Of a DNA stretch of 64,000 bases, positions 33,512-43,828 are shown one piece after another. Below the pieces are notes generated by a model. The model was not told where the DNA came from and searched no databases. It saw nothing but the letters and a program-made list of their open reading frames with translations. Position 1 is the stretch's first letter. The number at the start of each line of letters is the position of its first letter. The DNA lies in assembly GCA_963845515.1 (NCBI GenBank), contig CAWJSR010000019.1, forward strand, positions 1-64,000, in the 5' to 3' direction. The position numbers and the translations under genes were made by a program. Source of the DNA: an uncultured delta proteobacterium (GTDB lineage: Bacteria; Myxococcota; Myxococcia; Myxococcales; Anaeromyxobacteraceae).

Positions 33512-36500
33512 GTGACGAAGCGCCGCCTTGCCCTAGCGCTGCTGGCGTTCGTCGTGACCCTCGTGGTCGCGACGATCCTGCTCCTGCGCACGCGCTGGGC
33601 CGGGGACAGGATCTGTGCGGCCGCGGCCTCCCGCATCTCGATCGCCGCCGGCCAACCCGTCGTCCTCGCGGGCTGCCGCGTCGAGCCGCTCGCCCTCTCC
33701 CTCACGACCGAGGGGCTGCGCCTCGGTCCGGAGGCGGCCCCACTCTTCGTCGCCGACGCGGCCTCCGTCCGGCTCGCGGCGGTGCAGTCGCTCGGCGCCC
33801 GCCTGGTCATCGACCGGGTCCGCCTGGTCCGGCCGCGCCTCGTCCTCCCGGCGGCGCGCGGCCAGCGGCGGGCCCCCGTGGACTGTCCGGGTCCGGTCGC
33901 GAGCCGCCTCCAGGTGCGCCAGCTCGAGATCGAGGACGGCGGGCTCGACGTCGGGCTTCCCGCTGGCCGCCTCCGGATCGAAGGGCTGACCGTTCGGGGC
34001 GCGCCGGGCGGCGTCCGCGCCGCGCTCAGCGCCCTCACCGGCGCGGCCCGCACCAGGCTGGTGATCGGGGCGGCCTCCGTCTCGCTCGAGGCGACCAGGC
34101 GCCGCTACCAGCTCGAGCGGGTCGCTGCCGAGGCGGAGGTGTCCGGTGACCTCGCGCGCGCCGACCTGGTGTCCTCGGACGCATCGTGGAACGGCGTCCG
34201 GCTGAATGCCTTCGGCCCCATCGGCGACCCGTGCCGTCCAGAGCTCGACCTCGCGGTCCGCGCGACCGGCCCGATCCCTCGCATCCTCGACCTGGTCGGC
34301 GCGCCGGACGAGCGCTGGGCCGGCGACGGCGAGGCGGTGCTCCGCCTGAAGGGGCCGCTCGCCCGGCCGGCGCTGAGCGGCGAGGCGAGGGTCGCGCGCT
34401 CGCGCCACGGGAACCTGGAGGTGGGCGATGGACGCGCGCGGTTCCACTACGACGCGGGGAAGGTGCACGTCGACTCGCTGGAGGTCGACGGCGCCACCGG
34501 GCGCGTCACCGGGAGGGCCACGGTGGGGGTGGAGCGCGGGCTCCCAGCGCAGGTCGACCTCAGCGTCGGCGGGATGGATCCAGCGGAGATCCTCTCGCGC
34601 GTCGGCGTGAAGGGGGCCTGGGTCACCGGCCGGATCGACGGCACGGTGAGCGTCTCGGGGACGCTCTCGCCGATCGACCTCTCGGGGACCGTCTCCACCG
34701 CCGTCGCCGACTTCCGCGCGCTGCACCGCTCCTGGGAGCGGGTCGAGCCGGGAGAGCCGGCCTACCTCGACGTGCCGCGCGCCCGGGTGGACGGCCGGGT
34801 CCGGCTCACGCCGGTGCGGCTCCGGCTAGAGGAGGGCCGCATAGCTGCGGGGCGCGGCAGCGTGGGCGTCGACGTCGACGTGGGGCTGACGCCCGGCGCC
34901 GGCTTCACGGTCCGGTACGCGGGCGCCGCCGACCTCGACGTGCTCGGGCACGTCGCGCAGAATCCCGTGGGGCGGGATGCTCTCCGCCGAGGGGACGATC
35001 GGGATCGCTCCGCCCGGGCAGCTGCGTGCCGCTGCGCGGGTGCGCGTCGAGGGGTTCCGCTTCCTCGACGTCGCCCTCGGCCGCGCCTCCGCCGACGTCA
35101 CCTTCGTCGACTTCGTCATGCGGCTCGGCGGCATCGAGGGGGCGATCAACCAGACGCGGTACCGCGGCGAGGCGGCGATCGACCTCCACCGGACGCCTGT
35201 CCAGATCCTCTCCTCCCGCTGGGAGGCGCGTGGACGGCTCCGCGACCTCTTCGACGCGGTGCTCGACTGGATCCCCAAGGTCCGCTACGCGCGCGACGCG
35301 ATCGACGGGGACATCGAGCTGACGGCGACCGCCGTGGGGCGCGCCGGCGCGCCCGACGGCACGTTCGACGCCCGGCTCGGCGTGGGGACCTTTCTCGGCA
35401 GGCGCTTCGAGTCGGGGAGGCTGGAGGGGCGGATGACCGCCGGCGCCGAGGCCTTCTTCGAGCGGGCGGAGCTGAAGCGGGATGGCGGCTGGCTGCGCGC
35501 GCGGGGGACGTGGGGCTTCGTACCCCCGTTCCCGTGGGGGCTCGACGTCTCCTGGGCAGGGCTGCCCATGGGTGCGCTGGCGCTCCCGGGCGGCGCCTGG
35601 TCGGGCTCGTCCAGCGGCACCGCACGGCTCGACGGCAGCTTGAACGAGCCGCGCATCCGCTTCTCGGGGAGCGGGGACGCGGTGGCGATCGACGCGGTCA
35701 GGATCGGCGCGGTCCAGGTCGGCGGCACGGTCGACGGCGCCCTGGTGACCGTCACGGGGAGTGCCGACGGGCTGCGGTTCGCCGGGGAGACCCGGCTCGA
35801 CGGGCGCCAGCCCTACGAGGCGCAGGTGGACATCGACCTCCAGGACGCCGAGCGGCTCGTGCCAGGCGCGCCGGCGCCGCTCCGCCTCCGCGGCGAGGGG
35901 GTGGTCCGCGCGCGGGGCGACCTGGCCGACCTCCCGGCGTCGCGCGTCTCTGTCGAGCTCGGCGCCGCGTCGCTCGGCTACGCCGACTTCCGCGTGGAGG
36001 CGGGCGGCCCGCTCGTCGCCGAGTACGACCGCCGCGTCGTCACCCTCCGCCCCGTGAGGCTCAAGGGGGTCGAGACGGAGATCGACGTCTCCGGCGGGGT
36101 CGGCGCCGACGGGCAGCTCGACTTCGACGCGGAGGGTCACCTCGACCTCCGGCTCACCGGCGGCCTCTTCTCGCAGGCTCGTGGGCCGAACGGCCGGCTC
36201 GACTTCCTCGCCCACGTCGCCGGTCCCCTCGCCGCTCCGGTCCTCATCGGCACCGGGCGGGTGGCGGCCGCCGGCTTCACGATGAAGTCGGTCCCGCTCA
36301 CCTTCACGGGGCTCACCGGCGACCTCGCGTTCTCCCAGAACAGGGTCATCTTCGATCGGCTGGACGGCGCGGCGAACGGCGGCCGAGCGCGCCTGCGCGG
36401 CGAGGTCGAGCTGCGGCGGCTGCTGCCGTACGCCTTCCGCATCGAGGGCGAGGCGGACCAGGTCCCGGTGGCGATGCCCTCCTGGCTCCCCGCCACCCTG

Positions 36501-37436
36501 AGCGGACGGCTGGAGCTGGCCGGAAGGACCGAGGCGATGGCCCTCACCGGGAGGCTCCACGTCCTCCGGGCGCGCTACACCGAGAACGTCGACATGGAGC
36601 GGAGCCTCGTCGAGATCCGGCGCCGGGTGGCCGCTCCGAGGGCCTATGACAAGGAGGGGGAGCGGCTTCGGATGGACGTCCAGCTGGTCGTGGACGGCGA
36701 CGCACGCATCGAGAACGACCTCGTCCGGGGCACGGTTCACGGCGAAGTCAGCGTCACCGGCACCGCCGCTGCGTACGGGATCCTGGGTTCGGTGACGATG
36801 GTCGAGGGGAGCCGCGCCTTCTTCCGGGGGAACGAGTTCGACCTGACGCACGCGGTGGTGGACTTCACCGAGCGCGACCGCCTGGCGATGGCGCTCGACG
36901 TCCACGGCCAGGCGCAGGTGCGGGACTACGAGGTCTTCATGCACCTCTTCGGCCCGTTCGCCGACCCGCAGCTGACCCTCACGAGCACTCCGTCCCTCTC
37001 GCAGCCGGACATCGTCACGCTCCTGTCGCTGGGCTTCACGGCGCGCGACGCGGCGGCCGGGACGGCGATGCAGGGGGTGGCCACCGCGGCGGCGGCGCAG
37101 GCGCTCATGAGCGCCTCGGGGCTCGATGAGCAGGTGCGTCGCTTCCTCCCGCGAGGAGGGGCGATCCGGGACGCGTCGGTGCGGATCACCAGCGCCTACT
37201 CTGAGGGCTCCGGGCAGGTCGAGCCCCGCGCGGAGTTCGAGTCATGGCTCTGGCGCGACAGGCTGCGGCTCCGCTACCAGGCGCCGCTCTCGGGCGCTCG
37301 CGGCCAGCGGGCGCAGGCGGAGTTCCGGCTCGGGCAACACACCGCAGTCCAGTACCAGTGGGACAACGACAACCCGGACGTCCCAGCAGGCGACCACGGC
37401 GTCGATCTCAAGCTTCGCTGGGAGTGGAACGACTGA
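33512..37436 (+). CDS. TamB/AsmA-like protein (frameshift ~34965)
   Basis: N-terminal TM anchor, long beta-rich body, C-terminal DUF490-like region (LTSTPSLSQPDIVTLLSLG..GVDLKLRWEW); precedes Omp85. Confidence 0.75.
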
Positions 37437-40400
37437 TGTCCTGGGCCCGCACCCTGCAGCGTGCCGCCGTGGCGGCGGCGCTCGCGTACGGCCACGCCTT
37501 CGCGCAGGAGGCGCCCTCCGTGCCGGCGGCGCCGGACGACGTCGCGCGACCCCGCGTGGCGGGGGTGAAGCTCCTCCTCCCCCCGTCCGAGGAGCCGGCA
37601 CGGCAGGCGCTGGAGGCGCTGGTGGCGGTGAGCCCCGGAGAGGTGGTCTCGGCGCGAGACCTCCGCCGCACGGTGCAGCTCCTCTGGCAGAAGGGGCGCT
37701 GCCGCAACGTGATCATTCGCGAGCGCCCCGCCCCCGCCCCCGAGGACGGGACCCTGGCGGCGTGGGTGGCGCTGGAGGTCGAGTGTCTCGGGATCCGCAG
37801 GCTGCGGCGGGTCGAGGTCGTCGAGGAGGGGAGCCCCCCAGTGCTCGACCCGATCCGGCGGGAAGGCGCGGCGGGGCTGCGCGTGGGGGAGCCGTGGGAG
37901 GACGCCGACCTCCCCGGCGTGCGACAGCGGATCTCGGCCGCCTACGCGCGGCGCGGGTGGCGCGCGGTGGAGGTGCGGGGCGAGGCCAGCGGAGACTCCG
38001 AGGTGGCGCTCCGGCTGTCGGTCAGCCCCGGGGCACCGACGCGGGTGGCGCGCGTATCGCTCGAAGGCGACGGGGCCGCGGCGGCGGGGACGCTGCTCGG
38101 GGAGCTGAAGACGCGCCCGGGCGAGATCATCGACGAGGAGGCGCTCGCGGAGGACGGCCGCGCGCTCGCGGCGCGGCTGCGGCGGACGGGGCGGCGCCGC
38201 GCGCACGTGGCGGCCCCCCGCGTGGTCGAGGGCAAGGAGGGGGCGGAGGTCGTCTTCCCAGTCGACCCGGGGCCGCCGATGCACCTCTCCGTGGCGGGGA
38301 GCGCGTCCTTCACCGCCGCCGCGATCGAGGGGGCGCTCCGGCTCGGCCCGGAGGACTCATTCGACCAGTCGTCGCTGGAGGCCGCCGCGGGGCGGATCCG
38401 CGCCTTCTATCTCGCCCGGGGCTTTGCCGAGGTGCGGGCACGGTGGAGGGAGTCGACCCGCGGCGGTGTCGTGACGGTCGCCCTGAGCGTCGACGAGGGG
38501 CGGCGGTTCCGCCTTCGACGGATAGCGTTCACTGGGGTCACCTACCGCGACGAGGGCTGGCTCCGGGACCGGCTCCTCGAGATCCTGGAGGAGGACGGAG
38601 GCGCCGCCGACACCGACGCCGCCGATCGTCGCCGGGAGCTCATCCTCTCGGTCCCGGGCGCCACGCTGCACCGCGAGTCCCCGCAGCCGCTGCCCCCACC
38701 GGAGCGGTGGGACGAGGCGGCATGGGAGCGCGCAGCGGTCAGGCTCGTCGACTGGTACCGGAACGAGGGGTTCCTCGACGCCGAGCACGCCGGCACCACG
38801 CTCGCGCTCGATCGGAAGCGCGGCACCATCGACGTGACGATCCACATGAGCGAGGGGGCGAGGACCTTCGTCGAGGCCATCTCCTTCGAGGGCAACTCGG
38901 CGATCTCGCTCCCGGACCTCGCGCGCCAGTCCCGAATCGCACCAGGCGATCCGCTCTCCTGGGAGGCAGTGGAGAGCACGCGCGGCGCGCTGCTTCGGCT
39001 CTACGTCTCCCGTGGGTTCCTGTATGCGCGGGCAGAGGCGCGAGAGGCGCCCGGGACGGCGGCGGGCACCGCCGGGATCGTCTACCGCCTCGACGAGGGG
39101 CCGCGGGTCCGGCTCGGCCGGATCGTGGTGACTGGAAACCGGCGTACCGAGGACGACGTCATCCGGCGCGCGCTCTCGGTGGCCGAGGCCGATTGGTACG
39201 ACCCGGACGCGATCGCGCGCAGCCAGGCGGCCCTGCTGCGGCTGGGCGTCTTCCGCTCCGTCGCGCTCCGGCTGCGCGAGCCCGAGGTGCCCGAGGAGGT
39301 GAAGGATCTCTCCATCGAGCTCTCCGAGCGCCCCTGGCAGACGCTGGCCCCGGGCGTGGGCTTCTCCATCGCGAACGGACCGCGCGCGTTCGTGGAGTGG
39401 CAACGCCCCAACCTCCTCGGCCGCGCGGTCGAGCTGGCGGTTCGCACGAAGGTGAACTACCCGCTGGAGACCTTCCGGCCCGATCTCGCCGGGGTGGCGC
39501 CCGGGGAGAGGGTCGAGGGGCGCGCCGACGCCGGGCTCCGCTTCCAGCGCTTCGACCTGCTCTCGCTGCCGCTTGGAGCACGGCTCGACGCCATCGGGGA
39601 GCGGCTCAACCGCCGCGCCTACCGGCTGACGCGTGGCTCGACCATCGCCGGCCTCGATCTGGCGCTGACGCCCCAGGCCGGCGTCTCGCTCCAGTACGAG
39701 CTGGAGATCGACCAGATCGAGAAGGGGCAGTCGATCGGCTTCATCACGCAGGCCGACCTGGAGCGGCTCCGCTTCGACGAGGGCGTCACGACGCTCCAGT
39801 CGATCCGCCCCGCCTTCACCCTCGACTACCGCGACAACTCCGCCCACCCGCAGAAGGGCTGGTTCGGCTCCGGATCGCTGGAGTGGGCCCGCTCGCTGGG
39901 CGATCCCGACCACAGGCTGCTCTTCGGCCTGGCTCCCGGGAGCGACATCCACAGCGACTTCCTCAAGATCCAGGGGACGCTCTCCGGCTACCTGCCGGTC
40001 GGGGGCGGCAGCACGCTCGCGCTCTCGGTCAGGGCCGGCCGCGTCATCCCGCTCGATCCCTCCTCGCGGACCATCATCCCGCGCCGCTTCTTCCTCGGCG
40101 GCGCGTCGACGATGCGTGGGTGGGCCGAGGAGGAGCTGATCGAGGAGGACGTGCGCGGGGCCGTCGCCGGGGAGGCCCGCGCGTGCGCCGTCTCGCTCTC
40201 CGATCCCGGCTGCACCGACCGCGGCCGGCGCGTCTACGAGGGGGGGATGGCGGTGTCCGAGGGTGGCGAGGCCTTCGTCCTCCTCAAGGCGGAGGTCCGC
40301 ATGCCGCTCAAGGGGAGCCTCGAAGCAGGGTTCTTCGCCGACCTCGGGAACCTCTGGCTGAACCCGCACGAAGCCGACATCACCAAGCTGCGCGTCGACG

Positions 40401-40528
40401 TCGGGCTCGGCCTCCGCTTCGTGACTCCGATCGGCCCCGCGGCCCTCGACGTGGGCTTCAACGTGACCCCCGACGCCCAGCTCAACGAGCGCATCGTCGC
40501 CCCGCACTTCACGGTGGGGCTGTTCTAG
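37436..40528 (+). CDS. Omp85/TamA-BamA family outer-membrane protein (1030 aa)
   Basis: Signal peptide; multiple POTRA-like repeats (GNRRTEDDVIRR); RFFLGGASTMRGW; GLGLRFVTPIGP; C-terminal F. Confidence 0.85.
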   Translation: MSWARTLQRAAVAAALAYGHAFAQEAPSVPAAPDDVARPRVAGVKLLLPPSEEPARQALEALVAVSPGEVVSARDLRRTVQLLWQKGRCRNVIIRERPAPAPEDGTLAAWVALEVECLGIRRLRRVEVVEEGSPPVLDPIRREGAAGLRVGEPWEDADLPGVRQRISAAYARRGWRAVEVRGEASGDSEVALRLSVSPGAPTRVARVSLEGDGAAAAGTLLGELKTRPGEIIDEEALAEDGRALAARLRRTGRRRAHVAAPRVVEGKEGAEVVFPVDPGPPMHLSVAGSASFTAAAIEGALRLGPEDSFDQSSLEAAAGRIRAFYLARGFAEVRARWRESTRGGVVTVALSVDEGRRFRLRRIAFTGVTYRDEGWLRDRLLEILEEDGGAADTDAADRRRELILSVPGATLHRESPQPLPPPERWDEAAWERAAVRLVDWYRNEGFLDAEHAGTTLALDRKRGTIDVTIHMSEGARTFVEAISFEGNSAISLPDLARQSRIAPGDPLSWEAVESTRGALLRLYVSRGFLYARAEAREAPGTAAGTAGIVYRLDEGPRVRLGRIVVTGNRRTEDDVIRRALSVAEADWYDPDAIARSQAALLRLGVFRSVALRLREPEVPEEVKDLSIELSERPWQTLAPGVGFSIANGPRAFVEWQRPNLLGRAVELAVRTKVNYPLETFRPDLAGVAPGERVEGRADAGLRFQRFDLLSLPLGARLDAIGERLNRRAYRLTRGSTIAGLDLALTPQAGVSLQYELEIDQIEKGQSIGFITQADLERLRFDEGVTTLQSIRPAFTLDYRDNSAHPQKGWFGSGSLEWARSLGDPDHRLLFGLAPGSDIHSDFLKIQGTLSGYLPVGGGSTLALSVRAGRVIPLDPSSRTIIPRRFFLGGASTMRGWAEEELIEEDVRGAVAGEARACAVSLSDPGCTDRGRRVYEGGMAVSEGGEAFVLLKAEVRMPLKGSLEAGFFADLGNLWLNPHEADITKLRVDVGLGLRFVTPIGPAALDVGFNVTPDAQLNERIVAPHFTVGLF

Positions 40529-40570
40529 CGTCGCGCGCGCGCCAGAGCAGCGCGACCTGGAGCAGCGCCG

Positions 40571-41146
40571 TCAGCGCCGCGCCGCCCTCGGAGGCGCGCC
40601 CTTCCTCCCCAGCGCCTCCAGCATCTTCCGTTCCCAGTACGTCCCCTTCACGACCGAGAGGAGCCCGTTCAGGATCTCCCGGGACGTTGGGCTCTCCGCC
40701 CGCGAGACGAAGATGCCGTCGGCGCTCGTGACGAACGCGCCGACGTGGGTGATCTCGCCGGGGCGCACCTCGAACCGGAAGCGCGGGTCGTCCTTGTTGT
40801 CGTGCGTCATCAGCAGGTACGTGACGCCGCGCGAGTAGAAGATGAGGAGCCGATAGGCCGTCGGCTTCAGGTTCTCGAAGACGAAGTCACCGTTCGGATA
40901 GACGTGGGCGCGCGGCGACCGCGGCTCCAGGCCCCAGTAGCTCGTCCCCTCCTCGTAGAGGAGGACGCCCTGAATCTCCTGCCCGGGAAACCGGAGGTTG
41001 CCGACGACCATGCCCTGCGCCGGGTCGGTGCGGTCGCGGATCGGTCCCGTGTCGTTCCGGGACTGCACGATGACGCAGCCCATCGCGCAGCCGAGCGCCA
41101 GCGCCGCCACGACCGTCCGCCCGCCGTCCCTCGCCGATCGCGCCAT
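40571..41146 (-). CDS. Hypothetical lipoprotein (191 aa)
   Basis: ATG overlaps the SDR stop (TGATG); signal peptide with LALGC/AMGC lipobox; GDFVFENLKP..Y and EVRPGEITHVG suggest a beta-sandwich. Confidence 0.6.
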   Translation of the reverse strand: MARSARDGGRTVVAALALGCAMGCVIVQSRNDTGPIRDRTDPAQGMVVGNLRFPGQEIQGVLLYEEGTSYWGLEPRSPRAHVYPNGDFVFENLKPTAYRLLIFYSRGVTYLLMTHDNKDDPRFRFEVRPGEITHVGAFVTSADGIFVSRAESPTSREILNGLLSVVKGTYWERKMLEALGRKGAPPRAARR

Positions 41147-41850
41147 CACTGCCTCCCAGACAGGTGCCGTCCGCCATCGACCGGCAGCAGCGCACCCGTC
41201 ACGAACGCCGCCTCCGCGAGGAACGAGACGGCGCGCGCGACGTCCTCGGGCGTGCCGGCCCGCATGAGGGGGATCCTGCTGACGTGGTAGCGGACCTTCG
41301 CGGGCGGCCAGTCCTTCGGGAAGAGGGCCGCGCCGGGGAGGACCGCGTTCACGCGGACCCTGGGCGCCAGCTCCAGCGCGAGGCACTCGGTGATCCGCGC
41401 CAGCGCCGCCTTCGAGGCGGCGTAGGCGGCGTAGCGCCGCCAGGGGACCAGTCCGCCGCCGACGTCGACGATGTTGACGACCGAGCCGGCCGACTTCCGG
41501 AGCAGCGGCAGGAGCGCCCGGATCAGGAGCAGCGGCGCGCGGGCGTTGAGGTCCATCTGCTCGTCGAAGGAGGCCGCGTCGATCTCCTCGAGCCGTCGCT
41601 CCTCGAAGCCGGCGGCGGAGTTGACGAGCAGGTCCAGCCGCTTGAACTCCCGCCGGAACGCCGCCGCCAGCGTGGCGGGGCCGTCGGCGAGCGCGAGGTC
41701 GGCCTGGATCGACGCGTCGACGCCTCGCGGCACGTGGCTGCGGTAGTGGCCGACGACGAGGTAGCCGCGCTTCGCGAGGTGGCGCGCGATGGCGCTGCCG
41801 ACGCGGACGCCAGCGCCGGTGACGAGGGCGACGGGGCGGGGAGGGGGCAT
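41146..41850 (-). CDS. SDR oxidoreductase, pteridine reductase/FolM-like
   Basis: ALVTGAGVRVG, VGHYRS, LVNSAA, VVNIVD, YAASK. Confidence 0.8.
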   Translation of the reverse strand: MPPPRPVALVTGAGVRVGSAIARHLAKRGYLVVGHYRSHVPRGVDASIQADLALADGPATLAAAFRREFKRLDLLVNSAAGFEERRLEEIDAASFDEQMDLNARAPLLLIRALLPLLRKSAGSVVNIVDVGGGLVPWRRYAAYAASKAALARITECLALELAPRVRVNAVLPGAALFPKDWPPAKVRYHVSRIPLMRAGTPEDVARAVSFLAEAAFVTGALLPVDGGRHLSGRQ

Positions 41851-41864
41851 GGAGAGAGGGTATC

Positions 41865-42392
41865 TCAGCTCTCGTCCGCCCGCCCCGCCCTGGCGTTCGC
41901 CACCCTCGCCGCCACGAAGAGCAGGTCCGAGAGCCGGTTGAGATATGCAAGCACGAGCGGCGGCGCCCCGCCCGGCACCGCGAGGGCATGGCGCTCGGCG
42001 CGCCGGCAGACGGCGCGCGCGACGTGGAGCGCGCCGGCGCCGCGAGTCCCCGCGGGGAGGATGAAGCGGTCGAGCCTGGGCAGCTCCGACTCCCAGAGGT
42101 CGATCGTCCCCTCCAGCCGCTCGATCGCGGCAGGGGCCACCGAGGCGGTCCTGCCCGACGCCCCGGCGGGGGTCGCCAGCTCCGCGGCGGCGGGGACCAG
42201 ATCCCGCTGCACCTGCGCGAGGACGCCGTCGAGGTCGGCGTCCTCGAGGAACGAGCGGGCGAGGCCGATCGCCGACGAGAGCTCGTCCACGTCGCCGTAC
42301 GCCGCGACCCTCGCGTCCGACTTGGGGACGCGGGCGCCCCCCACGAGCCCCGTTTGGCCGGCGTCCCCGGTCTTCGTGTAGATCTTCGTCAC
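41865..42392 (-). CDS. pduO: PduO-type cob(I)alamin adenosyltransferase
   Basis: KIYTKTGDAG.T, AYGDVDELSS, FILPAG, RAVCRRAER, YLNRLSDLLF. Confidence 0.9.
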   Translation of the reverse strand: MTKIYTKTGDAGQTGLVGGARVPKSDARVAAYGDVDELSSAIGLARSFLEDADLDGVLAQVQRDLVPAAAELATPAGASGRTASVAPAAIERLEGTIDLWESELPRLDRFILPAGTRGAGALHVARAVCRRAERHALAVPGGAPPLVLAYLNRLSDLLFVAARVANARAGRADES

Positions 42393-42446
42393 GACCGTGG
42401 TGCTATCACCGCGCGCGCGGCGCGACAACGCCTGGAGGCGGAGACG

Positions 42447-43787
42447 ATGGAGCCCATCTTCGAGGGGGAGCAGCTGGCGGAGGTTGGGCGCGAGGCGGCT
42501 CGGCTCGCGTGGGCGGGGGGCATGACGGTCACGAAGCCGGACGGGTCGATCGTCCCCATCCCGCTGGTGGCCGAGCCCGAGGTCATGCCGCGCGCGGCGC
42601 TCGCCGCGGCGGCCCTGGAGGCGCGGCTGATCCTCTCGGGCTCCGTGAAGCTCGCGAAGGCGCTCCTCGACCACGGCGACGCGCGCGACCGGGAGGCGCT
42701 CCTCGGTCCGTTCGGCGGCCTCGAGGCCGAGGCGATGTCGAGGCTCTTCACCGAGGCCCCGCAGCCCGCGATGGTCGCGCGCGTCGACTTCCTCGTGCCG
42801 GAGGCGGGCGGGGCCCCACGCGCGCTGGAGCTGAACGCCACGATCCCGGCGATGCCCGCCTACGCCGACCTCGCGAGCCACTCCTGGCTGCGTGCCGCGG
42901 GGCGGGCCAGGGGGCTCGCGCCGAGGGAGCGCGAGGCGCTCGTCGCCGCTTGCGGAAGCCACATGGAGAACCTGCGCGTCGCGCTCGTCGACTTCCACCG
43001 CTCGCGCGGCGGAGCCGGCACCCGGCCATCCATCGCGCTGGTGGCGCGCCCGGGCGACGCGCAGATCGGCGAGCTCCGGCGGCTCGCGGAGCACTTCCGC
43101 CAGATGGGGCACCGGGCCGAGAACCTGCTGCCGGACGGCTGCGTGCCCGAGGAGTGGGGCGTGCTCTACCGGCACGTCTGGGCGCACCGCGTGGCGCCCG
43201 AGGCGCCGTTCGCCCGCGCCCTGCGCGATCCCGGACGCTACCCCATCGCCAACCCCGTCAACGGGCTGCTGGAGGCGAAGGCGCTCTTCGCGCGCCTCTC
43301 CGAGTGCGCGGAGGACCACGCGCTGGCCGGACGCGCGGGCCTGACCCCCGACGAGCGGGCCGCGGCGGCGCGCCTGCCCGTGACGCGGCGGCTCGACGGC
43401 CAGCTCGCCGCCCGGGTCAAGGCGGAGCGCGAGCGCTGGGTCCTCAAGCGGAGCTGGGATTACGGGGGCAAGAGCGTCCACCTTGGGGCGGAGGCGGATC
43501 CCGCGGCCTGGCCCGGGATCGTCGACGCGGCGCTGGGAGACGGGCGCGGCGGCGGCTTCGTGGCGCAGGAGCGGATCTTCGCGCGGCGCGGGGAGGCCAC
43601 GCGCGTGACGCCGGAGGGCATCACGCGCGGCGTCCTCTACCGGGATCTCTCGACCTACTGCGGCCTCGGGCCGCGACCACCGTCCGGGTCCGTGGTGCGG
43701 GCGGCGTCGTCGCCCATCGTCAACATCCTGGGCGGAGGTGGGCTCGCGCCGGTCGTGCCCGAAGACGTCGCGGCGGCGCTGCGTTGA
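42447..43787 (+). CDS. ATP-grasp amide ligase (circularly permuted/GspS-like), unknown substrate
   Basis: GGAGG RBS; ARVDFL..ALELNATIP, NP..GLLEAKALF, WVLKRSWDYGGKSVHLG, FVAQE, VNILGGGG. Confidence 0.6.
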   Translation: MEPIFEGEQLAEVGREAARLAWAGGMTVTKPDGSIVPIPLVAEPEVMPRAALAAAALEARLILSGSVKLAKALLDHGDARDREALLGPFGGLEAEAMSRLFTEAPQPAMVARVDFLVPEAGGAPRALELNATIPAMPAYADLASHSWLRAAGRARGLAPREREALVAACGSHMENLRVALVDFHRSRGGAGTRPSIALVARPGDAQIGELRRLAEHFRQMGHRAENLLPDGCVPEEWGVLYRHVWAHRVAPEAPFARALRDPGRYPIANPVNGLLEAKALFARLSECAEDHALAGRAGLTPDERAAAARLPVTRRLDGQLAARVKAERERWVLKRSWDYGGKSVHLGAEADPAAWPGIVDAALGDGRGGGFVAQERIFARRGEATRVTPEGITRGVLYRDLSTYCGLGPRPPSGSVVRAASSPIVNILGGGGLAPVVPEDVAAALR

Positions 43788-43828
43788 CGCGGCGGGGCGC
43801 GCAGACGATCATCGCCTCACCTGCCCGA

